Assembly: GCA_943355025.1 (NCBI GenBank)
Contig: CALRDW010000005.1
Span: 244 to 64,243 of the forward strand
Direction: 5' to 3'
Source: Candidatus Magasanikiibacteriota bacterium
Lineage (GTDB): Bacteria; Patescibacteriota; Patescibacteriia; Magasanikbacterales; 2-02-FULL-50-9b
DNA length: 64,000 nt
In this document: positions 48,085 to 59,018 of the stretch, piece by piece
Layout: each line of letters opens with the position of its first letter
Numbering within the stretch: the stretch's first letter is position 1
Notes under the pieces: model-generated
What the model was told of the DNA's origin: nothing
Databases searched by the model: none
The model's input: the letters and a program-made list of their open reading frames with translations, nothing else
Made by a program: the position numbers and the translations under genes

Positions 48085-48563
48085 TCCATAGGCTGTGCGA
48101 ACGGATTAATCGTGATTAAACGAACCCCGTCCGCCTTTGAAATTGTGCCACTTTTTTGAGCGGTTCGAATAAATTCGTTTGCTTTTTCATCCTGGCGATG
48201 CGCGATCGCAGTCAAATCTCCTCGCACTTTCGCGCACTCGCGCGTCGTGTGGTCCATAAGCTCGTGCTTGGTTTCGCCTATAACTTTTTTCAAATCCTCC
48301 TTTGTTACCATTTTTTCCGCTAATCCTTCGACTTTTTCTTCTACACCACCCATTTTTTCATCTAATCTCTCAACTTTTTCTTCTACACCACCCAATCTCC
48401 GCGCTAAACCATCTATTTTCCCTTCGAGCTCGCCCTTTAAATTCTCCAAATCATCCTTTGTTGCACAATTTTGTACCAAATAACGCAACATTTCCGTTGA
48501 CTCCTCGGGTGTATGAATTTTTTCGCGTTCCTTTGTTTCAGAAATCCCCTCCGCTTTTTGCAT
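48081..48563 (-). CDS. hypothetical coiled-coil protein, paralog B, with a 14-aa tandem repeat
   Basis: TEMLRYLVQNCATKDDLENL and TKEDLKKVIGETKHELMDHTTRE. Repeat GGVEEKVE(R/G)L(D/A)EKM duplicated. Confidence 0.5.
   Translation of the reverse strand: MQKAEGISETKEREKIHTPEESTEMLRYLVQNCATKDDLENLKGELEGKIDGLARRLGGVEEKVERLDEKMGGVEEKVEGLAEKMVTKEDLKKVIGETKHELMDHTTRECAKVRGDLTAIAHRQDEKANEFIRTAQKSGTISKADGVRLITINPFAQPMD
48331..48395. repeat. 42-nt tandem direct repeat (2 copies) inside paralog B
   Basis: actttttcttctacaccaccca occurs at 48331 and again at 48373. Confidence 0.6.
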
Positions 48564-48595
48564 ACCATGTATATTAAAAATGTCTCAGCGCTCGA

Positions 48596-48604
48596 AATAT
48601 ACCA
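48596..48604 (-). promoter_or_regulatory. extended -10 (TGgTATATT) promoter of paralog B
   Basis: Same 9-mer as upstream of paralog A. Confidence 0.35.
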
Positions 48605-48818
48605 CAGCCGACAGTACCAAACAATTCTCCTTGTGTCAATACACGACTGCCTGGTATTATAGTGGCAAACAAACACGCGTAAAACTATGAAACATCGGAC
48701 ACGCAGAATTCTCATGGGCGTAATAGGCCTCTTTGTAATTATTTCAATGATCCTCGCGTTTACTGTGCGCTATTACTAGCATTGCACGGCGACGCAGATG
48801 TGATACTATCCATGAAGC

Positions 48819-50573
48819 ATGAAAGAATCGAATTGGGTCGTTGCACAAGAATATATAGATGAGATCGCAGAGACATTTCCGGATTTGCCGCCACTCGTGG
48901 CGCAGCTCCTCTGGAATCGTGGCGTGCGAACTCAACATGAGGGGCGCTCTTTTTTAGAACCAGATTATGAGCGCGATATTCATGATCCTTTTTTGTTTCA
49001 ACACATGCGGCGTGCCGTTGATCGCTTGCGTGCAGCAATTGTAGCGCAAGAATTAATTGTGGTGCATGGCGACTATGATGCTGACGGAATTTCCGCCGCA
49101 TCAATTCTTACACACACTCTCAGAACCCTTGGAGCACGCGTTGAAGGTTTCATCCCCCACCGCGAATTTGACGGATACGGAGTTAAGCATTCGACAATTG
49201 ACCTGCTTGCAGGGCGCGGCGCGCAGGTTATTATTACGTGCGACTGTGGCATTTCAAATGCACCAGAAATTGAACACGCACGCGGAAAAAATATCGATGT
49301 CATTGTTACGGATCACCATGCCATTCCGGAACAATTGCCCGATGCGTATGCGATTCTACATCCAAAAGTTGCTGGTGAGCCTTACCCTGACAAAACGTTG
49401 TCTGGTGGAGGTGTTGCGTTTAAACTCATGCAAGGATTACTCCAAGATCCAGAAACGCGAAAACTCTTGCCCGCTGGAGTTAATCCCGATGGATTTCAAA
49501 AATGGCAACTTGATTTAGTCGCTATATCAAGCGTCGCGGATATGGTGCCGCTTGTCGGCGAAACACGCACGCTCGTTCATTATGGCTGCATGGTTTTAGG
49601 AAAAACGCGGCGGCCAGGTCTGCGCGCGCTTCTTGCCCGTGATAAAATTATCGTGACTGACAAAGGTTCATCAGCACCGATAACACCGATTACAATTGGT
49701 TTTAAAATTGCGCCACGCATCAATGCAGCGGGACGCATGGATCATGGAAAAACTGCGTTTGAAATGCTTCTTGCAGACACTGAACCCGAAGGCCAACGAC
49801 TCGCAGATTTACTATTTCAACACAACATCAATCGACAAAAATTAACTGAGGTAATTGTAAAAGAAGCGGTTGCAAAAATTAAAGAAGGCGGACTCGATAC
49901 ATACCCCGTTACGGTAGTTGCTGGCGAAGGTTGGCCAGCAGGGGTGCTTGGACTCATCGCATCACGGCTTAAAGAAAAATTTTATAAACCAACATTCGTC
50001 ATTGGCATCAACGATGATCGCATCGTTGGTTCTGGCCGATCAATTGATGAATGGAATATGATTGCGGCAATGCAAACTGCGCCGCAATTATTTACAAAGT
50101 TTGGCGGCCACCCACAGGCATGCGGTTTTTCGCTCGGAAGCATTGATGCGATTCAGGAATTTGCAAACGCAATGTATATTTTAGCAGAAGCGCACGTTGC
50201 AAATATTACAAAACTCATTCCGACGATTTCTATCGATGCGCGAGCACAACTCGGCGATTTAAACTGGGATGTTCTCAAGTTGCTTGAAAAATTTGAGCCG
50301 TATGGAATGGGAAATCCAGAGCCGAGATTCCTTGCAGAAAAAATGGATGTCGTTACGGCCGCACACGTCGGAACCGAAGGTAAACATATGCGTCTCATGG
50401 TAAAAAATGGGTCGCCAGCAATTAAAAAATTAATGGCGTTCAACATGGGTGAACATCTCGGGCGATTCTCGCCCGGTAAACAACTTGATGGTGTGTTCAC
50501 ATTCGGTAGCAACGAGTGGAACGGCGTTAAGGAGCTTCAATATAAACTTCATGACTTTCGATTATGCGAATGA
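48819..50573 (+). CDS. recJ: single-stranded-DNA-specific exonuclease RecJ
   Basis: DHH motifs (VHGDYDADGISA, DHH) and DHHA1 (GGGH). Confidence 0.85.
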   Translation: MKESNWVVAQEYIDEIAETFPDLPPLVAQLLWNRGVRTQHEGRSFLEPDYERDIHDPFLFQHMRRAVDRLRAAIVAQELIVVHGDYDADGISAASILTHTLRTLGARVEGFIPHREFDGYGVKHSTIDLLAGRGAQVIITCDCGISNAPEIEHARGKNIDVIVTDHHAIPEQLPDAYAILHPKVAGEPYPDKTLSGGGVAFKLMQGLLQDPETRKLLPAGVNPDGFQKWQLDLVAISSVADMVPLVGETRTLVHYGCMVLGKTRRPGLRALLARDKIIVTDKGSSAPITPITIGFKIAPRINAAGRMDHGKTAFEMLLADTEPEGQRLADLLFQHNINRQKLTEVIVKEAVAKIKEGGLDTYPVTVVAGEGWPAGVLGLIASRLKEKFYKPTFVIGINDDRIVGSGRSIDEWNMIAAMQTAPQLFTKFGGHPQACGFSLGSIDAIQEFANAMYILAEAHVANITKLIPTISIDARAQLGDLNWDVLKLLEKFEPYGMGNPEPRFLAEKMDVVTAAHVGTEGKHMRLMVKNGSPAIKKLMAFNMGEHLGRFSPGKQLDGVFTFGSNEWNGVKELQYKLHDFRLCE

Positions 50574-50974
50574 TAACTTATACAGACGGTGGCGCACGCG
50601 GAAATCCAGGACCGGCCGCGATTGGCGTTGTTGTAAAAAATGGAACGACTGGTGAAAATATCAGCGGCTTTGGTCGCTATATTGGTCACACAACAAATAA
50701 TCAAGCGGAATATCAAGCACTTGTCGCAGCGCTTGAAGAAGCGATTAAACACGGAGCAACCGAAGTTTCTTGTTTTTTAGATTCTGAATTGATTGTCAAG
50801 CAAATGAACCGCGAATATCGCGTGCGCGATATTGGGCTGCAGACGCATTTTATGAAAGTGTGGAATATGGCAACAACACTTAAAAAAGTTACCTTCACTC
50901 ACATACCGCGAGCAAAAAATAAAGAGGCAGACGCATTCGTAAATCAAGCGCTTGACGCACAACGCCTGCGCTAA
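50570..50974 (+). CDS. rnhA: ribonuclease HI
   Basis: ITYTDGGARGNPGPAAIG...NNQAEYQALVAAL. ATGA overlap with recJ. Confidence 0.8.
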   Translation: MITYTDGGARGNPGPAAIGVVVKNGTTGENISGFGRYIGHTTNNQAEYQALVAALEEAIKHGATEVSCFLDSELIVKQMNREYRVRDIGLQTHFMKVWNMATTLKKVTFTHIPRAKNKEADAFVNQALDAQRLR

Positions 50975-50997
50975 GGGTAAACTTTTTCTGATAAAAA

Positions 50998-51996
50998 TTA
51001 GTGCTCGGCACGCTTCACTTCCGCGTATGCAGCGGCAGAAATTTTTTTAATAATTGATGCCATATCAATATAATCAGTACCTTTTGTCATCACGCACAGC
51101 AAGTACGCTTTATTTGGAAAATAAACGATACCGCAATCGTGCAGATACTTTTCTGATTTCTGATCCGGTCCTAGGCTTTGCTCACCAAATTTATGGGCAA
51201 CCTCAATTTCTGGCGGCACACCTGCAACAATTCCCTGCTTAAAATCACTTTGAGCTAGTAATGAAAGTGCATAATCAGAAAATATCTGATTGATATACGC
51301 TGCGTTATAAAACATTCGAAAGAAATATGAGTATTGTTTCACAGAAATAAACGCTGGAAAATTACTCTGGTTTTTTGGTATTGTAATCGACGCTTCAGTA
51401 TAAACATCGTCTATGTTTTTATGATCTATCAAACTTGCGACAGCAATTAAAGCGTTATTGTCAGAATATGATGACATATACTTTAAAAGTTCTTCGACTG
51501 TATAATTTTTCCCAAGCACTGTATGATGCGCTGAACTAAAAAATTCTCCAGCATTTTTGTCTTCAGTACCGACTAGTTTTACAGCACTCTTTAAAAATTC
51601 TGGATGCTCCTCAATGTAATTCAAACTTGCAAGAAGCATAGGGACCTTCAAGAGGCTCGCTGGCCAGTAGGTCTGATCTGGGTTAAGTCCAACCCAGCGG
51701 CCGGAACTCAAATCACGAAAATAGACCGAGGCTGTTTCTATTTTATGATCAGTGATTCCAGATTGAACAATATCTTGAAAAGCCTTCTCTAGCGGCATGT
51801 ACTCACGATACTCTTTATTTTCAGAAAAATTACACGCAATGAGAGGGCTTACATACTTATACTTTCCTGAGATTCTCCGCGGCCCGTTACCCGCTAAATC
51901 AGACTCGACACTATTTTTTCTTGCATAAAAAAATCCGCATGCTCCGCCAAGCATTAATAAAAAAATAAGGATAACTACTTTTTTTAAAGCGTACAT
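50998..51996 (-). CDS. class A beta-lactamase-like serine hydrolase (PenP/COG2367 family)
   Basis: SLLK (SxxK), SDN and KGT motifs. N-terminal TM/signal. Start ambiguous between 51996 and 52005. Confidence 0.5.
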   Translation of the reverse strand: MYALKKVVILIFLLMLGGACGFFYARKNSVESDLAGNGPRRISGKYKYVSPLIACNFSENKEYREYMPLEKAFQDIVQSGITDHKIETASVYFRDLSSGRWVGLNPDQTYWPASLLKVPMLLASLNYIEEHPEFLKSAVKLVGTEDKNAGEFFSSAHHTVLGKNYTVEELLKYMSSYSDNNALIAVASLIDHKNIDDVYTEASITIPKNQSNFPAFISVKQYSYFFRMFYNAAYINQIFSDYALSLLAQSDFKQGIVAGVPPEIEVAHKFGEQSLGPDQKSEKYLHDCGIVYFPNKAYLLCVMTKGTDYIDMASIIKKISAAAYAEVKRAEH

Positions 51997-51997
51997 T

Positions 51998-52582
51998 TTA
52001 TTCATACATGCTGCCACGTTTTCTATCCATTGATAGCCCAACGACGAGCAGACCAAGTATCGGAAGAACAACCCACGTAAATTTGCCCCACGCGCTCACA
52101 AAAATTATTTGTGTGAGAGTTGCTAGTTTTGCTGTCCATTGCTCCGGCAAGAAACTCATAATTACACTGATGAGCATCCCAACTTGTAAAAATGAGAGCA
52201 GAATAATATGCCACCACTTTCCAAGCATACCGTCAGTTTGAATTGCATGATTGAGCGCGCTGCGTGTCAAGAGAAAAAATAAAATAACGAAAAGACCGAC
52301 AAAGGCACCGACTTTAACTGCGAACGCCTGGCCAAAAGCAAGACTGACACCTGTTGGAATAAATGGCATGCGCATAACAGCAACAAGCGCCATATACAGT
52401 GCAATCATGATCATGATAATGCGATCACGGCCAAGTGAAAATCCGTAAAGCAAGGTCCCGATGAGCAAAAAGACCAAAATAAATAAATCCCAGGTCGGAT
52501 GAGACCAGGAAATTGCCTGGGTATAATCTGAAATAAGCTGTTTTATTGGCTCTGACATGGCATCAGTATACTCGCCCTGCAC
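51998..52582 (-). CDS. hypothetical membrane protein
   Basis: Five to six hydrophobic helices. Confidence 0.4.
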   Translation of the reverse strand: MQGEYTDAMSEPIKQLISDYTQAISWSHPTWDLFILVFLLIGTLLYGFSLGRDRIIMIMIALYMALVAVMRMPFIPTGVSLAFGQAFAVKVGAFVGLFVILFFLLTRSALNHAIQTDGMLGKWWHIILLSFLQVGMLISVIMSFLPEQWTAKLATLTQIIFVSAWGKFTWVVLPILGLLVVGLSMDRKRGSMYE

Positions 52583-52654
52583 AAAATTTCAAGAAAAAAG
52601 CCTGTAACACTTTTTGGTTACAGGCACTGACGCTTCGTATTGCTCTGGTGATTT

Positions 52655-53308
52655 CTACAGTGGCACTTCTGCCAAGATTTCTTTGATCCGACCGCCCGTG
52701 CTATGGCTCACAAATGCAATTGACCGGATAAGACCTTGGTGCTGATACCTCATGGGTGTCCGCGTATTAAACACATCTGGCTGATCAATGTGCATAAGCG
52801 TAATGTGCGGAACAAACCGATAACCGACGTACATTTGTCCGAACGTCTCAAGCAAAGCGCGTTGCGGCTTTGTAAGCGCGGGTTGTTTCGCGTCAGCCAG
52901 GGCGAGCAATTCAAGAATCGACTGCGGATCGACAAACTGCGAAAGATCAAGCGATTTCTTGTGCAAATCACTGAGACCTCCGCGGTCAGCGTACCAAAAA
53001 AAGTAATTCCCACTGTGCACAGCGATTTTGTCCATCGAGATGCGTTGTCCGCTCACCATGGTACGCGCAGCATGCGCAAGCTCCTCAAGCTTGTCTTGCA
53101 CAAACTTTTCGCGCAGACCTTTGAAGTTTCGATGTTGAAACAACGTGATGTGGGCGCGGTCCCACGTCACTCGTTGAAGCCTGCGGTCCTTCGTTCCTCT
53201 GAATTCTAGAATGTCTTCTGCGAGCTCCTCGGCAATTACAGCGGTACGATTGTCAACCATTGCCACAATGCCATACCAGCCGCTATAGACTCGGTTTGAT
53301 TTCACCAT
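52655..53308 (-). CDS. 2H phosphoesterase superfamily protein (LigT-like)
   Basis: Two H-x-T-x motifs (HITLFQH and HITLMHI) about 90 aa apart. Confidence 0.5.
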   Translation of the reverse strand: MVKSNRVYSGWYGIVAMVDNRTAVIAEELAEDILEFRGTKDRRLQRVTWDRAHITLFQHRNFKGLREKFVQDKLEELAHAARTMVSGQRISMDKIAVHSGNYFFWYADRGGLSDLHKKSLDLSQFVDPQSILELLALADAKQPALTKPQRALLETFGQMYVGYRFVPHITLMHIDQPDVFNTRTPMRYQHQGLIRSIAFVSHSTGGRIKEILAEVPL

Positions 53309-53409
53309 TATCAGTACCCCCTCAAAATCAAAAGTTCTTGTCCAACGCTATCAAATGTTCTAAAATCTGTCAAGCTGTCGCCTGGCATGCATGATACTTA
53401 AAAATTTGC

Positions 53410-54525
53410 TTAAGATTGTTTAAGCTCTTCTTGTAATTGCTCAAGTAATTTTTTTCCCGCGCGTGAAATATGTTTTGGTACCGCAATGGTTACGTGCACA
53501 AAATGATCACCGCGACCGCCGCCATGTCGCACACCCCCTTTTCCTTTGAGACGCACCTGCTCACCTGAAACGATCCCCTCAGGAATTTTTATGGTAATAC
53601 GCCCTTCGAGACTATCCGTTTCTGCGATGCCGCCAAGAACTGCTGTTGGGTATGAAATATGAACCTCCGTGTGAATATTGTCGCCATCTCGCTGCATTGT
53701 TTTATGTGGGCGAACATGGATGCGAATATATAAGTCGCCCGCTGGTGCGCCGTACGCTGCAGCAGCGCCATGTCCCGTTAAGCGAATTGACTCACCCTGA
53801 TGAATGCCGGCAGGAATTTTAACCGTGATTGTTTGTTCGCGCTTGCGCACACCTGTACCACTACATGTGCCACATGGTTTTTCTGGAATTTTTCCTGATC
53901 CATGACAGTGTGGACATGTTGCAACAGTTTGCATTGCTCCTAAAATTGTCTGCTGCATGCGCACGATCTGCCCCTTACCTCCGCATTCCTTACAACCAAC
54001 CGTTTTACTGTTGGATGCCGCACCTGACCCGGAACACGTCTCGCACGACGCAAGTTTATTTAATTTCAAGGTGCGTTCAACGCCGAATGACGATTCTTCA
54101 AGCGTGAGCTCAACATCAATTGCAATATCCTCGCCGCGCTGCGTTTTCGCGCGACCTCCGCCTGAGCGTCCGCCACCGAATCCAAACATGTCACCAAAAC
54201 CACCGAACAAATCTCCGAGATCTTCTGCATTCCCAAAATTAAATTCAAACCCACCGGCATGCTGTCCGCCACCAAATGGACTGCCGCCGCCCGGTGCGCC
54301 GTGATTACCTTGCGCAAAATCAGAACCAAATTGATCAAATTGTTGGCGCTTCGTTTTGTCTGACAAAATTTGATTTGCCTCATTAATTTCTTTAAATTTT
54401 TCAGCATTGCCACCTTTTTTATCAGGGTGGTGCACGTGCGCGAGTTTGCGAAATGCTTTTTTAATCTCGTCCTCAGAAGCATCCCGAGTAACTCCTAAAA
54501 TTTTATAGTAATCTTTATTTGCCAT
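53410..54525 (-). CDS. dnaJ: molecular chaperone DnaJ
   Basis: J-domain DYYKILGV...HPDK. G/F region. Four CxxCxGxG repeats. Confidence 0.9.
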   Translation of the reverse strand: MANKDYYKILGVTRDASEDEIKKAFRKLAHVHHPDKKGGNAEKFKEINEANQILSDKTKRQQFDQFGSDFAQGNHGAPGGGSPFGGGQHAGGFEFNFGNAEDLGDLFGGFGDMFGFGGGRSGGGRAKTQRGEDIAIDVELTLEESSFGVERTLKLNKLASCETCSGSGAASNSKTVGCKECGGKGQIVRMQQTILGAMQTVATCPHCHGSGKIPEKPCGTCSGTGVRKREQTITVKIPAGIHQGESIRLTGHGAAAAYGAPAGDLYIRIHVRPHKTMQRDGDNIHTEVHISYPTAVLGGIAETDSLEGRITIKIPEGIVSGEQVRLKGKGGVRHGGGRGDHFVHVTIAVPKHISRAGKKLLEQLQEELKQS

Positions 54526-54588
54526 AACGCACACTTTAAACGCGCCTCGCCGAGCGCGAGGCTTGGCAAGGCGCGCTACAAAAAATAA

Positions 54589-56502
54589 TTAGACTACCTC
54601 ACCCTCGATCGGGCCGGCGGTACCTGTATCCTGGGCCGCGCCTTCTTCCTGCGGGCCGTCAGCCGCCCTTGCCCCGCCCTCTGGCTGACCGGCAGCAGCG
54701 CCTTGCTGTTGATACAGTGCTGCACCAACTTTCTGCGCGTGTTCACTGAGTTCGTCGGCGGCTTTTTTAATTGCCTCGACATCTGTTCCATCCTTAACAG
54801 CTTTGAGTGCGACGATTTTTTCTTCAACATTTTTCTTGTCATCTGCTGAAACTTTTTCGCCCGCCTCTTTCATCATCTTCTCCGTCGTATAAATCATCGT
54901 GTCTGCAATATTGTGTGCTTCAACAAGCTCCTGTTTTTTCTTGTCATCTTCCGCGTGAAGCTCTGCCTCCTTGCGCATTTTTTCAACCTCTTCTTTTGAA
55001 AGCCCGCTCGACGCTGTGATCGTAATTTTCTGTTCCTTATTTGTACCCTTATCTTTCGCGGACACTGACAAGATACCGTTTGCATCAATATCAAATGTCA
55101 CTTCAATCTGTGGCACGCCGCGCGGCGCTGATGGAATTCCGTCGAGCATAAATCTGCCGAGTGATTTATTATCAGGCGCCATCGGACGCTCGCCCTGCAA
55201 AACATGAATCTCAACAGATGGCTGAGCGTCTGCCGCAGTTGAAAACGTTTGAGACTTGCTTGTTGGAACTGTCGTGTTGCGCATAATAAGCGCGGTCATA
55301 ACACCTCCCATTGTTTCAATACCGAGCGAGAGTGGCGTAACGTCGAGAAGCAAGACATCCTTAACTTCACCCTGCAAAATACCGGCCTGAACCGCTGCGC
55401 CAACAGCAACAACTTCGTCAGGATTTACTGAAACATTTGGCTTCTTGCCAAAAAATTTCTCAACGGTCGCAAGCACGAGTGGCATGCGTGTCATACCACC
55501 GACCATCACAACTTCGTGAATGTCGCCCGTCGACATTTTTGCATCCGCAAGTGCTTTCTTTACCGGTTCGAGTGTACGCTCAACAAGTGCGTGCACTAAT
55601 TCCTCGAGTTTTGAGCGCGACAATTTTAATACAAGATGTTTCGGTCCATTTGCATCAGACGTAATAAACGGCTGATTGATTTCAGTTTCCTGCGCAGTTG
55701 ATAATTCAATCTTTGCTTTTTCTGCTGCATCTTTAATGCGCTGAAGCGCGAGTGCGTCTTTGCCAATATCAACGCCCGTTTCTTTTTTGAATTCATCGAT
55801 GATCCACTGAATAATTACCTGATCAAAGTCATCACCACCCAAATGTGTGTCGCCATTTGTCGCGCGAACCTCAACCGTGTCTGCTGAAACTTCAAGAATC
55901 GAAATGTCGAATGTACCACCACCAAGGTCGTACACCGCGATTTTCTGATCCTGTTTTTTATCAAAGCCGTATGCAAGTGCAGCAGCAGTCGGTTCATTCA
56001 AAATGCGGAGCACTGTCAAACCCGCGATTTTACCCGCATCAATTGTTGCTTGACGCTGAGCATCGTCAAAATAAGCTGGAACAGTAATCACCGCTTCAGT
56101 TATAGATTCGCCGAGACGCGCCTCTGCATCTGCTTTAAGTTTTTGAAGTACCATTGCTGAAATTTCTTGTGGCGCATAGTCTTTTCCGCTCATTGCAATC
56201 TTAACGCCGTCGCCTGATTTAACAATCTTAAATGGCATGAGCTTAAGGTCGCGCTTGACTGCCTCGTCTTCAAAGCGGCGACCAATAAGACGCTTGATTG
56301 AATACAAAGTATTTTCTGGGTTTGTAACTGCCTGACGCTTTGCCGGTAAGCCAACAACGCGCTCTCCCGCTTTTGTCATCGCAACAATCGATGGCGTTGT
56401 GCGAACACCTTCTGCATTTTCTAAGACGCGAGGAACACCCCCTTCGATGATGGCCACGCATGAGTTTGTTGTACCGAGATCGATACCGAGAATTTTAGAC
56501 AT
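54589..56502 (-). CDS. dnaK: molecular chaperone DnaK
   Basis: [13 protein letters not shown]...DLGGGTFD... Confidence 0.95.
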   Translation of the reverse strand: MSKILGIDLGTTNSCVAIIEGGVPRVLENAEGVRTTPSIVAMTKAGERVVGLPAKRQAVTNPENTLYSIKRLIGRRFEDEAVKRDLKLMPFKIVKSGDGVKIAMSGKDYAPQEISAMVLQKLKADAEARLGESITEAVITVPAYFDDAQRQATIDAGKIAGLTVLRILNEPTAAALAYGFDKKQDQKIAVYDLGGGTFDISILEVSADTVEVRATNGDTHLGGDDFDQVIIQWIIDEFKKETGVDIGKDALALQRIKDAAEKAKIELSTAQETEINQPFITSDANGPKHLVLKLSRSKLEELVHALVERTLEPVKKALADAKMSTGDIHEVVMVGGMTRMPLVLATVEKFFGKKPNVSVNPDEVVAVGAAVQAGILQGEVKDVLLLDVTPLSLGIETMGGVMTALIMRNTTVPTSKSQTFSTAADAQPSVEIHVLQGERPMAPDNKSLGRFMLDGIPSAPRGVPQIEVTFDIDANGILSVSAKDKGTNKEQKITITASSGLSKEEVEKMRKEAELHAEDDKKKQELVEAHNIADTMIYTTEKMMKEAGEKVSADDKKNVEEKIVALKAVKDGTDVEAIKKAADELSEHAQKVGAALYQQQGAAAGQPEGGARAADGPQEEGAAQDTGTAGPIEGEVV

Positions 56503-56522
56503 AAAATTTAATTTAATGTGTG

Positions 56523-57017
56523 TTAAGCTTGTGGCTTATCAGCCGCAACAATAACGCGCGCTGCTGTGATGACTTTATTTCCTAATTTATAGCCGCCATC
56601 AGTTTCTGAAATAACTGTTCCGGAAGCGACACCTTCTTTATATTCTTCTTTTACAGACTCCATTGTCATGGGATCAAATGGTTTTCCAACAGTCTCGATT
56701 TCTTCAACCCCAAGTTGCAACAATGTCATTTTAAACATCGTCCCGATATGCTGTGTACCCGTAAACCAGTTTTTAACACTTGCCGATTGCTCTGCTTCTG
56801 GTGGCGTGTGTTGCATCGCACGCTTGAAGTAATCATAGACAGGCAGAAACGCACGCACTGCTTCTGCTGTCGCGAGCTTCCCCATCTGTGAGCGCGCCTC
56901 AACCGTCTCGCGCTGCAAATTTGCATAATCCGCCTGCGCGCGACGCCAGCCTGCTAGATATTCCGCTGCTTTGTCTGCCGCTTCTTCTACCACCTCGTCT
57001 GTTGATTCGTTTTGCAT
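56523..57017 (-). CDS. grpE: nucleotide exchange factor GrpE
   Basis: [12 protein letters not shown] and the C-terminal GrpE fold. Start set at M7. Confidence 0.8.
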   Translation of the reverse strand: MQNESTDEVVEEAADKAAEYLAGWRRAQADYANLQRETVEARSQMGKLATAEAVRAFLPVYDYFKRAMQHTPPEAEQSASVKNWFTGTQHIGTMFKMTLLQLGVEEIETVGKPFDPMTMESVKEEYKEGVASGTVISETDGGYKLGNKVITAARVIVAADKPQA

Positions 57018-57018
57018 A

Positions 57019-57723
57019 TTACATGTCAGATTCAAGTAATCGTTTCATCGCCTGCATGAGTGCGATGTTGCGGTCATACCGCATGCGCATGAAGCCGAGG
57101 AGCGCCATGATGCGTTCGCCTTCGCTTGATGCGTATGTGGTTACCATAAGTGATAAATTTTCGTCGATCGGATTTTGTTTACCGATCAAAATTTTAACGT
57201 CGCCACTAACAGCAACTTCAAATAAGTTGTCCATCAGATCGTCAGTTCGGTCGAGCGCTCGTGAAATTTGACGCATTACATCGGTGTTGTTCGATTCGCT
57301 CGAACTGTACATGTGACCCATGCCCACGCTATATAACGAACGCGGATCAACGCCGACCATAATAATATTACCCGCAAGGTTAGAAAGCTCACGCGCAATG
57401 TGACGCACTTTTTCCTCCGGCGTGTCGCTCGCGTCAAGTTCCCCTTCGAGAATATCAACCTCTTCGCTTACTTCGGCCGGTCGCATGTATGTTTCAATAT
57501 ATGCGCGATACCCCTCTTCGGTTGGAACGCGACCAGCCGACGTGTGTGGCTGTTTGAGAAGTCCGGCACGCTCAAGCTCAAGCAGATCAGCACGAACCGT
57601 TGCGCTTGATACTTTTTCAGAGAGTTGCTCAACAACCCATTCGCTGCCAATAGGCTCCCCTGTGGATATGTGTCCTTCCACCGCGAGACGGAAGATTGTC
57701 ATCTGACGCTCAGTTAAGCCCAT
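57019..57723 (-). CDS. hrcA: heat-inducible repressor HrcA
   Basis: LTERQMTIFRLAVEGHISTGEPIGSEWV. Confidence 0.8.
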   Translation of the reverse strand: MGLTERQMTIFRLAVEGHISTGEPIGSEWVVEQLSEKVSSATVRADLLELERAGLLKQPHTSAGRVPTEEGYRAYIETYMRPAEVSEEVDILEGELDASDTPEEKVRHIARELSNLAGNIIMVGVDPRSLYSVGMGHMYSSSESNNTDVMRQISRALDRTDDLMDNLFEVAVSGDVKILIGKQNPIDENLSLMVTTYASSEGERIMALLGFMRMRYDRNIALMQAMKRLLESDM

Positions 57724-57751
57724 ATTTTGACTAAATGGTAATAAAAACCAA

Positions 57752-57778
57752 TTAGCACTCTGGATTATAGAGTGCTAA
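57752..57778. promoter_or_regulatory. CIRCE operator (TTAGCACTC-N9-GAGTGCTAA)
   Basis: Perfect match to the CIRCE consensus, directly upstream of hrcA. Confidence 0.9.
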
Positions 57779-57792
57779 TGCAAGGCTGTCAA
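57764..57792 (-). promoter_or_regulatory. hrcA-grpE-dnaK-dnaJ promoter, with the -10 inside the CIRCE spacer
   Basis: Minus strand reads TTGACA, a 17-nt spacer, TATAAT. Confidence 0.6.
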
Positions 57793-57978
57793 GTGACTAA
57801 ACTGAACCGTTTTTATTACGAACACGTGCATTAATTTCAGCCAAAGCAGTCTTTAGGCGGCTCGTAAACTCTAAATTATCCTTTAATAAATGCTCTGACC
57901 AACGAACAACTCCTGGATTATTTTTAATATCGTCTTCATACGTTTTTCTATTTGTTTCCATTGTACCCAAAGACATTC

Positions 57979-59007
57979 TCAAGCTTTTACGATATTAAGC
58001 TTGTCAATATCCTGAGACATACGGTTAATCTTCTGAACGTCTCCCAAATACCTTGGCGTGATTGAGGGATTAGTCAATGTGTTTGTTCTGCGATCATTCT
58101 TTGCAAAAATTGTACCACCGGTAATCTTAGATCCCACAAGATACTCAAGCTTAGCTCCATCCCCTATGGCCTCAAGCACTTCGTAATTAACTTTTTGCAA
58201 ATTTGAAAGCTCGCTCACCTCTTTTTTGAGATTTGCCACATCCTCCTCTGAGATTGGTGTATTTTCTGCTCGTAATGCCGCAGTTTTATTAGAAATAGCA
58301 TTTAGCTTATCTGCTATTGCAGCGATACTAGACTCAACATTTTTCGTAGCTTCCGGACCCTTCAATTGCTCTTGAACGCGTGCATTCAGTCCTTCAAGAG
58401 TGCGCGTCTTTCTTTCTCCTGGTGTTAAATTCGCTTCTTTTGCAGCAGCGGCCGCCTTTTGCTCCGCAGCAACCCGTTCTCCAACAGCAGCGTTAATCTT
58501 CTTCATCACTGCGGCATCTCCCGACGCAAGTGCGGCTTCCGATTCAGCAACTTCATCTGCATTCATCGCTTCAAAATTTTGACTGAGTTTGCCAGACGCT
58601 TCGCCGAGCGCCGAAGCGGCGCGCATTTCATCACGCTTTGCTTTAAGACCCTCAACTGTCGAGCCTTTAATTGCTTCAACTTTTGCACCTTGCACATCTT
58701 CTGCCGTTATTTCAGCGCCCGCCTCCACAGCCTTATCAACTTCTGTATTCACTTCACCAAGAGATGCTCCGACTGCTTCTTTATTTTTCGAAACCATTTG
58801 GCCAAGCTCTGTTTTGTGCTGCGCTGCCAGAGAACCAAAACTATCTGTCGAGATTCGAAGCGCTTCGCGCACTGCGTCGCGCCGTCCCGCAGCTGCCGCT
58901 GCGGCAGCCTCGGCAGATTTTGCAGCAGCTTCTGCCGCTTCAGCAGCTGATTTATTTGCTTCTACTTTTGCTTCCGTCTGTCCTTTGATTTTATCGAGAA
59001 AACCCAT
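57979..59007 (-). CDS. Ala-rich coiled-coil protein, hypothetical
   Basis: Low-complexity A/E/K-rich helical sequence. No family recognised. Confidence 0.4.
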   Translation of the reverse strand: MGFLDKIKGQTEAKVEANKSAAEAAEAAAKSAEAAAAAAAGRRDAVREALRISTDSFGSLAAQHKTELGQMVSKNKEAVGASLGEVNTEVDKAVEAGAEITAEDVQGAKVEAIKGSTVEGLKAKRDEMRAASALGEASGKLSQNFEAMNADEVAESEAALASGDAAVMKKINAAVGERVAAEQKAAAAAKEANLTPGERKTRTLEGLNARVQEQLKGPEATKNVESSIAAIADKLNAISNKTAALRAENTPISEEDVANLKKEVSELSNLQKVNYEVLEAIGDGAKLEYLVGSKITGGTIFAKNDRRTNTLTNPSITPRYLGDVQKINRMSQDIDKLNIVKA

Positions 59008-59018
59008 AGTATTAAAAA

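Noticed and set aside
57797-57982. 61-aa ORF upstream of the hrcA promoter
   Set aside because: It starts with TTG overlapping the upstream gene's stop. No RBS. It lies where the hrcA promoter upstream region is expected. Possible small protein but unsupported.
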